Assembly (NCBI GenBank): GCA_965644295.1
Contig: CBFFRP010000217.1
Span: 124,001 to 188,000 of the forward strand
Source of the DNA: Paraphysomonas bandaiensis
Taxonomy: Eukaryota > Protista > Chrysophyceae
Direction: 5' to 3'
DNA: 64,000 nt
The notes beneath the pieces are model-generated. The model was given only the letters and a program-made list of their open reading frames with translations, was not told where the DNA came from and did not search any database. Positions within the stretch are counted from its first letter, which is position 1. Each line of letters starts with the position of its first letter. Positions 13,290 to 27,100 of the stretch are shown piece after piece. The translations under genes and the position numbers were made by a program.

Positions 13290-14399
13290 TCAAGCATGAG
13301 AACTCTCAGAGTATCTTATATCCACTGGAGCATTAAGAGGCTTATTGAGCATTGTCTCATTGATATTGGGAGAAATCTGTAGCGTTTCCTTGTTACCGGA
13401 CCAAACATAATCGTAGCAGGTCCTGTCCCAATCCACCAGATAAAAAATGGAGATGAGTCTTGCCCAAGAAGCGAAAAGGATGCCCTCTGTCACCTCCCAT
13501 ACATTGTTCAGTGGAGACATACCCGGATGCAGCTGCTTTAAAAGCCACCCATCTAAACCCGTCGATATACCAAAATACCCTCGTGTAGAGTACTTTTCAA
13601 GATCCGCTGCCACTCTTTCAGGCTGAAATAGAGTGCCGGAGTCACTGAGCTTCTTTGTTATATCAGGCTTGCTCTGCATCTCTAATTCATATCCAGGCGT
13701 CGCTGTGTCCGGAGGATACACAACTGACACATATATATTGTACGGCTTCACTTCCATTTGCAAAGCCTCAGCTAGTCCGCGCAAGGCCCATTTAGAAGCC
13801 GCATACGCTGAATATCCGTAAATTGCTACATGAGCCACCTGAGAGGAAACAAATACAATACGACCACGTTTTCGTGATTTCATTCCAGCAAGAACAGCTC
13901 TTGTAGGATATATTGAGCCAAGAACATTTGTTCTCAGCATCCGCTCAAATTCTTCTGGGTTGAGTGCGTCGAATTCACCAGCAACGGATGTCCCTGCACA
14001 GTTGACAATGACATCAGCGAACCCTAAATTGGAGAGTGCAGGAGCAAGCGCATCAGATACTTCTTCTAGCGAACTCCCGCAATCAACAGAAACTGTGATA
14101 ACACTTTGATTAGGCCCACACAAAGTCCGTAGAACCATCAGTGCTTCATCAAGCCGAGATTGGTTTCGACCAACAATAGTGACATTTGCTCCCAGTCGGA
14201 TATATATTTTAGCAGTCTCAAGTCCAATCCCACTGCTACCACCTGTAATAACGACATGTTTTGATGTGTAGTCATACTGAGCGGCATATAGTGGTTGAGC
14301 CACATAGAGTAAGGCAATGATACCGAAATATATGAGCCCACACAGAAATACAACTACACCAAGTTGCACCGCCACTCTAAAACTCAACAACAACGCCAT
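13290..14399 (-). CDS. KDSR: 3-ketodihydrosphingosine reductase (SDR family)
   Basis: N-terminal TM segment, HVVITGGSSGIG, NCAG, YSAYAASKWALRGLAEALQME and PPDTATPG are typical KDSR/FVT1/TSC10 motifs. The ORF is intronless. Confidence 0.9.
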   Translation of the reverse strand: MALLLSFRVAVQLGVVVFLCGLIYFGIIALLYVAQPLYAAQYDYTSKHVVITGGSSGIGLETAKIYIRLGANVTIVGRNQSRLDEALMVLRTLCGPNQSVITVSVDCGSSLEEVSDALAPALSNLGFADVIVNCAGTSVAGEFDALNPEEFERMLRTNVLGSIYPTRAVLAGMKSRKRGRIVFVSSQVAHVAIYGYSAYAASKWALRGLAEALQMEVKPYNIYVSVVYPPDTATPGYELEMQSKPDITKKLSDSGTLFQPERVAADLEKYSTRGYFGISTGLDGWLLKQLHPGMSPLNNVWEVTEGILFASWARLISIFYLVDWDRTCYDYVWSGNKETLQISPNINETMLNKPLNAPVDIRYSESSHA

Positions 14400-14788
14400 G
14401 CTGTCGGTGTTCTATGAGGCCATTTCCAGTAAAAGAAGAGTGAACTCCTGCAGATTATACCCTGCATACCTGCCTCCTGGATACCTACATACCCACCTAC
14501 CTACAGAGAGAGTTCACACCTACCTTCCTACCTACATACATACATAATCTGTATTCTATTGGTATACAGTGTACTCTACATGCAGGAGGTTTGTGGAAAT
14601 ATCCGCAAAAGAATCGGAACTCTACTCTGCTGGGATACTCCTCTGCTCTGATACGGCACGAGTGTATCCAGGAGATGGTCCTGTTCTCACAGTACAGTGC
14701 AGTGTGGTGGTTGTTCCCATGAAATCACATATCTTTCGCCTCCCTATGCGTGAGTTATAATACATTTAATTAATAGTATCTACTACTA

Positions 14789-17700
14789 ATGCCACATCTA
14801 TACACCCGGAGAGAGCAGAAAAGTCTGATTAAGTCAGATATCAACAGCAGACTCATCGAGCATTCGTTGTGGTACACCAGCCATCGATCACTCCTTCATT
14901 GTACTAATATATGTGCTGTAACGATTGCGCGACAGGAATGTCTTATCGCTTAAATGGTTTAATCGATGGAAGAAGTATGTAAACTACGACAGCCATCTAC
15001 CTGACCTGAGGAGTAGCGCGGTGCTGTAGATCTCTTCTCCTCATATTCCTTTGTGTTAATAGATTAACAGGACTCATATCATCCAGGCCCAATTGATAAT
15101 ACCGATATTATGGGCAAAAATGAAAGGGAATTAAAGCGGAATTTGTTAGAAGGTCTTGATTTTGTGTTGCTTCCGTGTAGATCGTACCATATTTTGGAGG
15201 TGATATACAAAGGTGGCCCACACTTTGAGCGGAAGGTATGTATAATAGTCACTGTAGACTCCCCTGAGTATATTTACACTAGGTTATATCGCTAGGAACT
15301 GTACACTCTAGACAGCTTCAGGTGGAGTTGTACCCCATTCGTGTGCAAGTATTCTTGGATGAGATGAAGTGCGAACGAAATGATGTCAACTGGCAACCTA
15401 GCAAAGTCCTACTGCTCTCCCGGCGCATGGACATCAAGGATGCATTTTTCACCATATGTGATAGCCTTCACGTTAATGACTCATCGTCACGCCTTTGGGT
15501 TCGAATGGATTTTGGAAATAATATTGATAACGACTGTGCGGGAGCAGAGGGGAGAAAATTGACAGCTGATGTAACGGACACCGTGAATGGCTGGAGGTTT
15601 TTGAGGGAAACTTCGGGACTTCTTTTGTCAGAGATCAACCTTACAGCAGTGGATGTCATGGTTGAACGGAAGGTCAGGAATACCTCTGGGGAATGGCATT
15701 GGCCAAAAGGTGAATAGTCGTTTCCTGCTCAGATGTAGGTCTGATGGTGTTTTTTAGACGAATCTCTGAATGAGTGGAAGTATCACCTCAAAATAGGAGA
15801 CATGATAGGTAAGTCTTATGTCTGTTCAATGCAATATTTTATTTCGTCTGTGTAGATGCCAAGGACGAGTTTGACGACTGGTACGAGTCAGTTGTGGAGA
15901 GTGGGGATGAAGATTTCATCCGGGTTCATTTTAAAGGATGGAGCAAACAATTCGACAGAACTATACTGCGGTCGGAATATGAGTCAAGTATTGCTCCGCT
16001 GTACACTATAACTAACAACTGGCGTGATGCTCTAGTTGAGAATGACCGTGTTGATTTCGCTCCGGTTTTGGATGTTTGTGGAAGCAAATGGCATCCCGCG
16101 TATGTGACAGCACTGGATCGATCAAGAGGTGCAGTAAAAGTGAAGTACAGGGACGAATACAATGTCGTGCGTAGCTTTGGAGAGTGGATTGATTTATACG
16201 GAGACAGTATTGCGAAAGCCGCTACACATGTGAAAAAGTACGTTGAGGACTTTTCCGACGCATCTGCTTTTTCGTCTGAGGCAGGGCTTCATACCACTTA
16301 TTCAAGTCGAAACACATATAATAATAGCCCTGTCAGCAGTTCAAACAGATTCAATGGGTATAATACATGGGGTACTAGAATATCTAATTATGTTGGCGCT
16401 CCCGAGGAGATAGGTGTCGTAGGCCTCATGAATCTGAGGAATACTTGCTTCATGAATAGTATGTTACAATGCCTCAGCCATACCAAAAGGTTGACGGATG
16501 TCTTCATCTCTGATCACTATGTACCCCAACTCAATAAAACAAACCCATTGGGTCATGGAGGCATGTTAGCCTCCTCATACGCAAAGCTGATAAAAGATAT
16601 GTGGTGTGGGAAATATACTGTCGTTGTACCTGAAGATTTCAAGCGAATTATTGGGGAGTTCCAGCCTCAATTTTCGGGATATCAGCAGCAAGACTCGCAA
16701 GAATTTATGCTTTTTTTACTAGACGGTTTGCATGAAGACCTCAATCGAGTCGTTAAAAAGCCCTATGTGGAAAAATTAGAGAGTGATGGAAGCGATGATG
16801 AACTCATTGCTAGGAAGTCTTGGGGGCGATTTCTACTTAGAAATGACAGCGAACTCGTGGATAGTTGTTTCGGTCAATTGAGGTCACACGTCACATGTGT
16901 AAACTGTGGATATGAGAGTGTTACATTCGACGAGTACAGCTCGTTGAGCCTTCCACTACCCATAAGGAACATTGTGGTGGTCGTCGCGTTGGTATATCCC
17001 CTTCCTTATGGCTCTGCGCCTGTGGAGATGACTTTCGAAATGGATGTGATATGCACTGTGGAGGACGTGAAAAAAAAAATTGCATCCAAACTTTCAGCTA
17101 TTTCAAGCACGAATATCCGCCGTAAGTCCGGAGAAAATGGTGACTTTGTTATGGTGGAACACGGAAAGAGCACAGGGTTTGGGGCAAGTACAAGTGTCAG
17201 CTTCGAAGATGAGGACAGAGCCAGTGGAAGCAGTGGTAGTGAAGTTCATGTGGACGCAGTAGCCGACCTCTCTGATGACGGGTGTGAGGATATTGAAGTG
17301 GAGGTAGATGTCAAGGATGTAGATACTGGGGACACATTGCTACTTTCTACATCTAAGCACGGGACTGTACGTTCCACGGAAAGGCCTGATGGTTTCTGTA
17401 GGGGCTATTTTCATCTGTGCACTATCGATAAGGGCAGGGGGTCCAAAATCAACAAGACGTTTGAGGATCGTACCTCTGCCAAAGAGCTCGGCAAGACAAC
17501 CTATGACGCTGTGGTGGCATATGAACTTGAATACCCTGCTCTCAATGTAATAAGAACGACGTCATACTACGGAAGCAGTAAACTTGCTTCGGATTCACCG
17601 TATGGTTACTGTGATTTGTTAATGGGTGCAACACAATCCAAGAAATATTCATTCCACCACATCTCACACTCAACAAGCTTGTACTTCGACTTATTTGGTC

Positions 17701-18803
17701 CACCTTATCGCTTTTCATACTACAAAGGCCATACTACGGTAGGCGATATCCACCAAATTGTTTGGAGAGTGATGCAAATGTACGTCCGCGACGATTCCCT
17801 ATACTACAATTACAATCCCCAACACGGAAAGGAGGGAGCACCTTATGAAATTCATGTCACGTCTTCATACGGGTATGCTTCAAAATCCCGTTTCAGTGAT
17901 GTGATGAAGGAGAAATTTGTCTTGAGCCCGTATGATTCGCTGATATGTGTCTGGAAAGACGACGCACGGGATGCGGAACATTTTGATGAGAGCGCGTTAT
18001 CAAAACTGGGGCTTGTGGGAAGAGGGGCCACGGAGTCTACTAATTGGAGGCATACGAGTGCGTTGTTGGACATCGATGATGACAATATTTTGGAATTCCA
18101 TAGAAAGGCTTCATTAAAAATCACTGACTGTCTAGGTAAGTTCGTGGAAAGAGAACAGATGCCTCCAGAAGAGACCTGGTATTGTCCTATGTGTAAGAAA
18201 CATCTGGCTCCAGTTAAAAAGTTCGACCTCTGGACTTCCCCAGACATCCTAATTATTCATCTGAAGAGATTCCAGTACATATCGGGAACCTATTTTGTAC
18301 AACGAGATAAGCTAGGACAGCTGGTTGATTTCCCGATCGATGGTACTGTACCATAGGCAATTTAATAATTCTAATTGTCTCCCGTCTGCACAGGACTTGA
18401 TCTCCGTGAATATGTCAAGAGCTGTAGTAGTTGCACTAAGGAGGCACCTCCGGTTTATGATCTCTACGCAGTGTCTGAGCATATTGGTGGTATGGGAGGT
18501 GGCCACTACACTGCTGTAGCTCAGAACCCTTTTAATCACAAGTGGTATGTTTTTTTCTTTCATAAAATGTAAGATTCGTACTTTGATAACTCTACTTGCA
18601 GGTACAGGTTCAATGATAATTGTGTGGAGGAGACGAGTACTGAGAGTATTGTGACGTCAAACGCTTATGTTCTATTTTACAAGAGAAGGTGATACTGTAC
18701 AATTAACAATATTACTCTTCATGTGATTATAGCTGGATTTCGTAGAGTCGGGACGGTGCGCTGGGCTGGAATGATTCCTCTACAAGAACAGCACGATAAG
18801 TAA
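14789..18803 (+). CDS. Ubiquitin carboxyl-terminal hydrolase, USP4/11/15-like (DUSP, Tudor-like inserts, split C19 catalytic domain)
   Basis: DUSP motifs (W|NVLSLKWFNRWKKYV, HPGPIDN), Cys box GLMNLRNTCFMNSMLQCL, QQDSQEF..LLDGLHEDLNRV, WYCPMCKKH, LIIHLKRF, YDLYAVSEHIGGMGGGHYTA, WYRFND, AYVLFY. The start at 14789 and stop at 18801-18803 come from a manual splice model. Confidence 0.9.
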
Positions 18804-19161
18804 CCTAAGAACATCGGCTGAGCGGATTCAGTAGCAATATTATGTCTCCTCTAGTGAAATTCATGTTTTGTTTTGTTCTAGTTTTATTTGACTGCTTTAG
18901 GACTGTACATTGTTATTGAAAGTACTGCTTATTATATTTTTGTGTCACATTCTCTCGCTGTGTGATATGGGAGGCTTGTCTTTATAGTAAATATCTGATA
19001 TTTCCAGAAGGAGTACTTAAAGAGTACATTCAGCGTATTAGAAATGTAAGCAATATGGATTTTAATTCTAACGACTAGAATAATAAGTTTTTAGATTATC
19101 CATGATCAATAGTATATTAATTTAGAAACTTTGGGAAGCTGCTATTGAATGTAACATATTG

Positions 19162-19336
19162 CAGGGCCAGGTAAGGCTGTATTGGACTGCAATATATTGC
19201 AATCATATATTTATTATTGGTCTTTAAAATATTATTATTGTTATTTTTTGCTGGCAATATATTGGGTTGTTTTGATGTCAATCCATCAATATATTTTACG
19301 ATATATTGCTATAAAATATCTTGCTTCCTAGCCCTG
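19162..19336. mobile_element. hAT-like MITE (175 bp)
   Basis: Imperfect TIRs CAGGGCCAGGTAAG / CTTCCTAGCCCTG and an AT-rich interior with repeated CAATATATT(G). No clean TSD. Confidence 0.5.
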
Positions 19337-19723
19337 GTAAACATTATACACGCGAATAAAACTGGTGGTTGTGTATATGCTCGATATACATCATTACTGT
19401 CATTCATACAGTGGTGGGCTTTTTCTAGGGAGCTTTTGTTTGTTTGTGCAGAATAATCATTCCTATAATACATAGATATAAGGGCATGATGAATATACAA
19501 CGGAAAATACAATTAAAGAATATGCTTTTTGGAATTTCTATCCAAGTTTTGTAGTATTATTTCCATACTGTGTATATACGCATGGCTCGGTGTCGATAAT
19601 ATGCAATTTGCAAAGCATACCACTATGTAAAACATGTCAATAAAAATAGACTGTCAAAATTAAAAGGTAAGTTAATATTAGAAACTCAAATATGATCAAA
19701 GATAACATTCACTTGATATTTTA

Positions 19724-20398
19724 CTACAATGTTTTACGTTCAAGTAGTACTGATTGCTCGTTCACCAGAACTAAGGATTGATCACGCAATAAGTGATCCA
19801 ATAAATCGCCACCATGAGCTATACTTGTCTTCTGCACAGTATTCCACCGAAAACAGAGAACAATAATAATGAATACGACTTCAAACAGCAGCGCAATTAA
19901 CAAAACAAAACACGTTACACTGCAGTTTTCGCTGACGACAGACTTGCACAGTTGAACAGCTTTGAAATAGTTTAAAATACCATCATTTTCATATTCATTT
20001 GCGATTGATACTGTCACAAATCCTACATCAGTGGTGTACCCTGCATCTGACAGAGATACTCATTATGGATATGTAGATAATGATATATGTAGACAGCAAT
20101 GCGTACCTATAGTGTAAGATTGATTGTATAGGGTCCTCATATCACTAGGGTTCACTATTTGCAGGACAGCAACCGAAACATTAACGCTGTCGGGAACAAG
20201 AAACAAAAATTCTTCAGAGCACAATGCACTAGCCATGAAATGACCCTCTTTGGACTGAAGCACAGCACGCAAAGGGAGTGTATACTCATTGGTGCAATTC
20301 AATGTCCCTGTAATGACTCTATCTTGGTTTACTCTGCAGATAAGAGACAGTAAGGGACCCAGAAACAGCCACACAAGTAGGATGGTTAACAGCCTCAT
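19724..20398 (-). CDS. Small type-I membrane protein of unknown function (signal peptide, about 130-aa ectodomain, one TM), two exons
   Basis: ORF 20063-20398 begins with hydrophobic MRLLTILLVWLFLG. An intron (ATAG|gtacgc...tgcag, about 20042-20106) joins it to ORF 19724-20017, which carries the TM FVLLIALLFEVVFIIIVLCF. Confidence 0.6.
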
Positions 20399-21148
20399 TG
20401 ATAAGACGGTCTGATATGGTGTGTATTGCCGGTATATCTACATCAACAGAGCATTAGCTGGCAGATAAGTATATTTCCAGGTAACTTACCTCATATGAAT
20501 CTCTACTCTACAACAACGATGAGATGATATTCGATTACGACATTCCAACACTTTCTTTTCCTTGTTCTTACATTTGATTGGTACAATCAGCCATGAAGTG
20601 AATCGAAGTTGAAGGACAAATGATATGGTAGAAGGACATCATGTATGTACAGCAGAGCAGCTCCACTGCAGTATATATCCCATATATGGGATGAAAATAG
20701 GAAAGTGCAGATATTTTTTCAAACTTTGGGAATTTTCTCCCTAATTTTTATTGTGGTTAAATCGGAAAATTGGACACTCTATTCTTGGAAAATCCTGGTT
20801 TATAGTGCCCGGTATCTTTGTGCCATGACTGCACATTTCGTACACACGGAAGTGGTGATTAGTACGTACAATCCGGATGTTCGTATTCCATCCTGACGGG
20901 GGAAATAAAGGGGTTGCAGGCACACACTGACTGAAAAAAGGAACTCAACTTCGTTATGTTCGCTAGAGAAATAACAACAACTACTACGCATACTGGTACT
21001 ACCATACAATAGCATCCGCATTTCGACGATAGAATTCATATTAACTATAACACATGATCGCTGTGTCATCACTGACAATGTACATGATATTCATATTATG
21101 TGAAATATAAAATCACTTACTTCATATACAACCTAGTGCAGTGAAACC

Positions 21149-24100
21149 ATGTTGAGGACGTCTATCGTTCACATCTTTTATTTATTAATTTCCCTTAAAT
21201 TATTTAATGCGCATTACGCCTCCCCTGAAAATAGTGTGATAGATCTCACAACACAGAAATATGTAGATTCTTTTTGGATTGAGGGGGGTTACTTAGAAAT
21301 TGCGGACGATACATGGACAGTAGTATCTACAACTTTGACTACTTTCCGCAATGCCGTGGTTTTTATAAGTACTCCTGTGATAGACGAGTACAGTGGACCA
21401 ATGGCACCCCGTATTCGACGCGTATCATCATCTGGAAGAGTGTCCTTTGAAGCGGCGTTGTATGGTGTTAACGACAGCTTTTGTTCTACTGAATGGAGTG
21501 TTCCAACGTCGATGGGTCCAACAGTCGTTACGTGGTTGGCAGTGGAACAGGGTGCCTACCAATTGGCTGGCCACCGTTTGTTTATAGGAGAAGGTAATAT
21601 TATGCGAGTCAATGAAGATAGCAACGATGCCGTAAATTATGTTCGGCTTAATTTTCCGAGGGGATGTGGGAGTCATATTAACGCTTGTAGCTTCGACGAA
21701 ATCACACACGTGGGGTTCATCTCTCAGCTGCAGACTCTTGTTTATGAGCGTTATTTGATTGCACGTGGGGTTCACATTCGACGCAGCTATATAGAATTCT
21801 TGCTGCAACCTCACGATTCGGCTATTTCAAACTACTATGTGATGACTACACCAGAAAAATTGGCGTACTTTGCTTTCCCATTGGGCCTGCATGCTGGCTG
21901 CATGGAGGGTATTAACTTGGAATCTATCAGTATAAATGGAGCAACTCACGTCCCACAAGCACTGGAATTCGACATGACTTACATCTCCACGCCAGGATTG
22001 TTTGCAGTAGTCGGCTCGGCTGCTGATGTATCAGAGAGCACCGGAGTTGGTGTGCTAGATCTAACCTCTGTTGGAGCAAATATCTATGTGCAAGAGGATC
22101 GATGCATCTCGCCCACTCTTCACCCCTCTCCGGAGAGTGTATATGCGCTTGTCCTGGGGGAGCAACGGGAGCCAGGGGATGTAGTGTGTATGGGACTTTT
22201 TACTCCCGCTGGGCCTTCGCGGAAACCCCGAGCGTTAGTGGCAGACAAGGGTTTTGTAACCACCACCGCAATGGGCGCTCTCGGCACAACCCCCGCACCT
22301 ACTCCTTCTGTTGGGTCTACCCCGGCTCCTACTCCTTCTATCGGATCTACCCCGGCTCCTACTCCTTCTGTTGGGTCTACCCCGGCTCCTACCCCTTCTA
22401 TCGGATCTACCCCGGCTCCTACTCCTTCAATTGGATCTACCCCGGCTCCTACTCCTTCAATCGGATCTACCCCGGCTCCTACTCCTTCAATTGGATCTAC
22501 CCCAGCTCCTACTCCTTCAATTGGATCTACCCCGGCTCCAACGAGCAAGCCAACGGTCGCCCCGACTTCGATGCCTACTTTTTCTCCGACAAGGCCCCCC
22601 ACAGGTCAACCGACGTCTTGTCCGTCCTTTACACCTACTTCAGCTCCGACCATTGTACCAACTTCGACGCCAACATTTACACCAACGTCGATGCCATCTA
22701 TCGCTCCTACGGGATTTCCCACACTGCTCCCGACTGCTGCACCAACGAGTATTCCTTCACGGGCCCCCACTGTTACGCCGACACCTGTGCCGTCAATTTC
22801 TCCGACTGCAAGTCCATCGCACAGTCCGACGTCGACACCAACGTTTGTTCCAACCTCTTCACCTACTAATACTCCTACTGGCGCTCCAACGATTTCCCCG
22901 ACTGGGGTTCCGTCGAGTACTCCTACTACTATACCAACAGCTTCTCCCACGAGAGCACCAACGATGTCTCCGACAGCTGTACCTTCGAGCGCTCCTACAG
23001 AAGTCCCTACTGTTACTCCCACTGCATTTCCAACCTTTGCACCAACGGCTATTCCAACAGCATCCCCAACAGCTGTACCTTCTAGCTCTCCTACAGCAGG
23101 TCCTACTGTTACTCCCACTGCATCCCCAACTCATGCGCCAACGGTGTCCCCAACAGCTGTACCTTCTAGCTCTCCTACAGCAGGTCCTACTGCGATTCCA
23201 ACAGCATCCCCAACTCATGCACCATCGGCTTCTCCAACAGCATCCCCAACAGCTGTGCCTTCTAGCTCTCCTACAGCAGGTCCTACTGTTACTCCCACTG
23301 CATCCCCAACTCATGCGCCAACGGTGTCCCCAACAGCTGTACCTTCTAGCTCTCCTACAGCAGGTCCTACTGTGATTCCAACAGCATCCCCAACTCATGC
23401 ACCATCGGCTTCTCCAACAGCATCCCCAACAGCTGTACCTTCTAGCTCTCCTACAGCAGGTCCTACTGTTACTCCCACTGCATCCCCAACTCATGCACCA
23501 TCGGCTTCTCCAACAGCATCCCCAACAGCTGTACCTTCTAGCTCTCCTACACCAGGTCCTACTGTTACTCCCACTGCATCCCCAACTCATGCACCAACGG
23601 CTATTCCAACAGCATCCCCAACAGCTGTTCCTTCTAGCTCTCCTACAGCAGGTCCTACTGTTACTCCCACTGCATTCCCAACTCATCCACCAACAGCATC
23701 CCCAACAGCTGTTCCTTCTAGCTCTCCTACAGCAGGTCCTACTGTTACTCCCACTGCATTCCCAACTCATTCACCAACGGCATCCCCAACAGCTGTACCT
23801 TCTAGCTGTCCTACAGCAGGTCCTACTGTTACTCCCACTGCATCCCCAACTCATGCACCATCGGCTTCTCCAACAGCATCCCCAACAGCTGTACCTTCGA
23901 ACTCTCCAACAGTATCCCCAACAGCTGTACCTTCGAGCTCTCCTACAGCAGGTCCTACTGTTACTCCCACTGCATCCCCAACTCATGCACCAACGGCTAT
24001 TCCAACAGCATCTCCAACAGCTGTTCCAACAATACACCCTACAGCCGCCCCATCTTCGTCTCCTTCAGTGACCCCAACTTATTTACCTACTTCAGACAAT

Positions 24101-27100
24101 GGGTTTTCATGCGTCGATAACTGTACTGATATTGTGTTACCTACGGATGAGACGTGCTTGTTTGTGAGTATATTTGATCGCTTTGGAGATGGATGGGGCT
24201 CTGATGTAAACTTACATTACTGGTTGGAAGCGGGAGGAGTGAAATATTATGATAGTTATGCGACGTCTGACTGCGACTGTATCACACGGGTGGCATGTTT
24301 ATCTCCTATAGGATCAGTTGGTGATCAAGCATATTTTTTTTCTGTTAGTAATGATGAAAATGTCCTTCCTGATTTCTTTTGGGAGATTCACTGGACAGTT
24401 CAGGTTGTTGAGAATGGAGTGTTTGGACCTAAGTACTACGGTGGGTACAACACTAGTATGGTATTTGATTATTCATCTGCGGATAATCATTATGAGCTTA
24501 GCACGTATGAGGGCTTATTGACATATCCCGAGAGTTGTAGTGAGTATAACTCGACAACAGACTTCACTTCTTGGTATATTGACAATAGGCGTTACGATGG
24601 CACAGGCAGTGCGTTTAGTGGTCCAGGAGATGCCAGTGCATATTCAGACTCATCATACTTTATCACAAGTGCTCATAATAGCAGCCTTCTTTCCAAATTT
24701 AGTTCTAGTTCTTGTTTTTCTGATGCAGGTTTTTTTGAGTCAGAATGTTTTGCTCCTGGATCATATATTTATCGCATGACTGGTGTATGTGGTATTGGAT
24801 CCGGTAATTTTACGTGGTCATTTTGTGGTCGTACTGGTGGAATTGGAGAGCAATTGAAGTTTGACATTATTGATGGGGAATGTGTTCCAGGAGCTCAAGA
24901 TACTATTGACGACGTCTGCAACCCGAAACCCAGTCTAGAACCGACCTCATTGCCAACTTTTCTCCCAACATTGTTTCCCACACGCAAACCCACCCAGTCT
25001 CCGACTAATAAGCCTAGTTCGATTCCTACACGTGCCCCTACTAGAGTGCCGACCCGTTCTCCTACACGTGCCCCTACTAGAGTGCCGACCCGTTCTCCTA
25101 CACGTGCCCCTACTAGAGTGCCGACCCGTTCTCCTACACGTGCCCCTACTAGAGTGCCGACCCGTTCTCCCACACGCGCCCCTACTGCGACTCCGTCAGT
25201 TTCCCCCACTGTTACACCGACAAGAGTGCCAACAACAATACCTACCGCTAATCCAAGTGTGGCACCAACGTTTACCCCCAGTGTTGAGCCAACGAAGCTG
25301 CCTACGCTTTTTCCGACAGTAACACCGACCGCGACACCCACCATAGAGCCAAGTATGATGCCGACGTGTGCACCGACAGCCAACCCAACACTATGTCCCA
25401 CAGTTGAGCCTGGTTTGCCTACTCCACCACCAACATCGCACCCAACATCTGCTCCAACGTTATTGCCGACGTTAAAACCAAGTTCACAGCCAACTGTATT
25501 TCCTACTTCAATACCATCACTTGACCCCACCGTGAAACCGACTGCATCTCCAACTGTTACACCAACGGCTTCTCCAACAGCTGTACCTTCGAACTCTCCT
25601 ACTGCAGGTCCTACTGTGATTCCAACAGCATCCCCAACTCATGCACCATCGGCTTCTCCAACAGCATCCCCAACAGCTGTACCTTCTAGCTCTCCTACAG
25701 CAGGTCCTACTGTTACTCCCACTGCATCCCCAACTCATGCACCATCGGCTTCTCCAACGGCTTCTCCAACAGCTGTACCTTCGAGCTCTCCTACAGCAGG
25801 TCCTACTGTTACTCCCACTGCATCCCCAACTCATCCACCATCGGCTTCTCCAACGGCATCCCCAACAGCTGTACCTTCGAGCTCTCCTACAGCAGGTCCT
25901 ACTGTTATTCCAACAGCATCCCCAACTCATGCACCATCGGCTTCTCCAACAGCATCCCCAACAGCTGTACCTTCTAGCTCTCCTACAGCAGATCCAACAG
26001 TTGCACCAACCGCATCCCCTACTCATTCACCAACGGCTTCTCCAACAGCTGTACCTTCGAGCTCTCCTACAGCAGGTCCTACTGTTACTCCCACTGCATC
26101 CCCAACTCATGCACCAACGGCTTCTCCAACAGTATCCCCAACAGCTGTACCTTCGAGCTCTCCTACAGCAGGTCCTACTGTTACTCCCACTGCATCCCCA
26201 ACTCATGCACCAACGGCTATTCCAACAGCATCTCCAACAGCTGTTCCAACAATACACCCTACAGCCGCCCCATCTTCGTCTCCTTCAGTGACCCCAACTT
26301 ATTTACCTACTTCAGACAATGGGTTTTCATGCGTCGATAACTGTACTGATATTGTGTTACCTACGGATGAGACGTGCTTGTTTGTGAGTATATTTGATCG
26401 CTTTGGAGATGGATGGGGCTCTGATGTAAACTTACATTACTGGTTGGAAGCGGGAGGAGTGAAATATTATGATAGTTATGCGACGTCTGACTGCGACTGT
26501 ATCACACGGGTGGCATGTTTATCTCCTATAGGATCAGTTGGTGATCAAGCATATTTTTTTTCTGTTAGTAATGATGAAAATGTCCTTCCTGATTTCTTTT
26601 GGGAGATTCACTGGACAGTTCAGGTTGTTGAGAATGGAGTGTTTGGACCTAAGTACTACGGTGGGTACAACACTAGTATGGTATTTGATTATTCATCTGC
26701 GGATAATCATTATGAGCTTAGCACGTATGAGGGCTTATTGACATATCCCGAGAGTTGTAGTGAGTATAACTCGACAACAGACTTCACTTCTTGGTATATT
26801 GACAATAGGCGTTACGATGGCACAGGCAGTGCGTTTAGTGGTCCAGGAGATGCCAGTGCATATTCAGACTCATCATACTTTATCACAAGTGCTGATAACA
26901 AGAATGATTTATTTACATTTAGTTCAACATATTGTCACGCGAGCTGGAAGAATACGGATACTGAGTGTTTTGAATCTGGTCACTATATATTCCGCTCAAC
27001 GGGGTTTTGTGACGAAAACTCTGACAATTTCACGTGGTCATTTTGTGGCGAATCTGGTGGCTCTCAGGAGCAGTTTGAATTCGAGATAGTTGGTGGGGAA

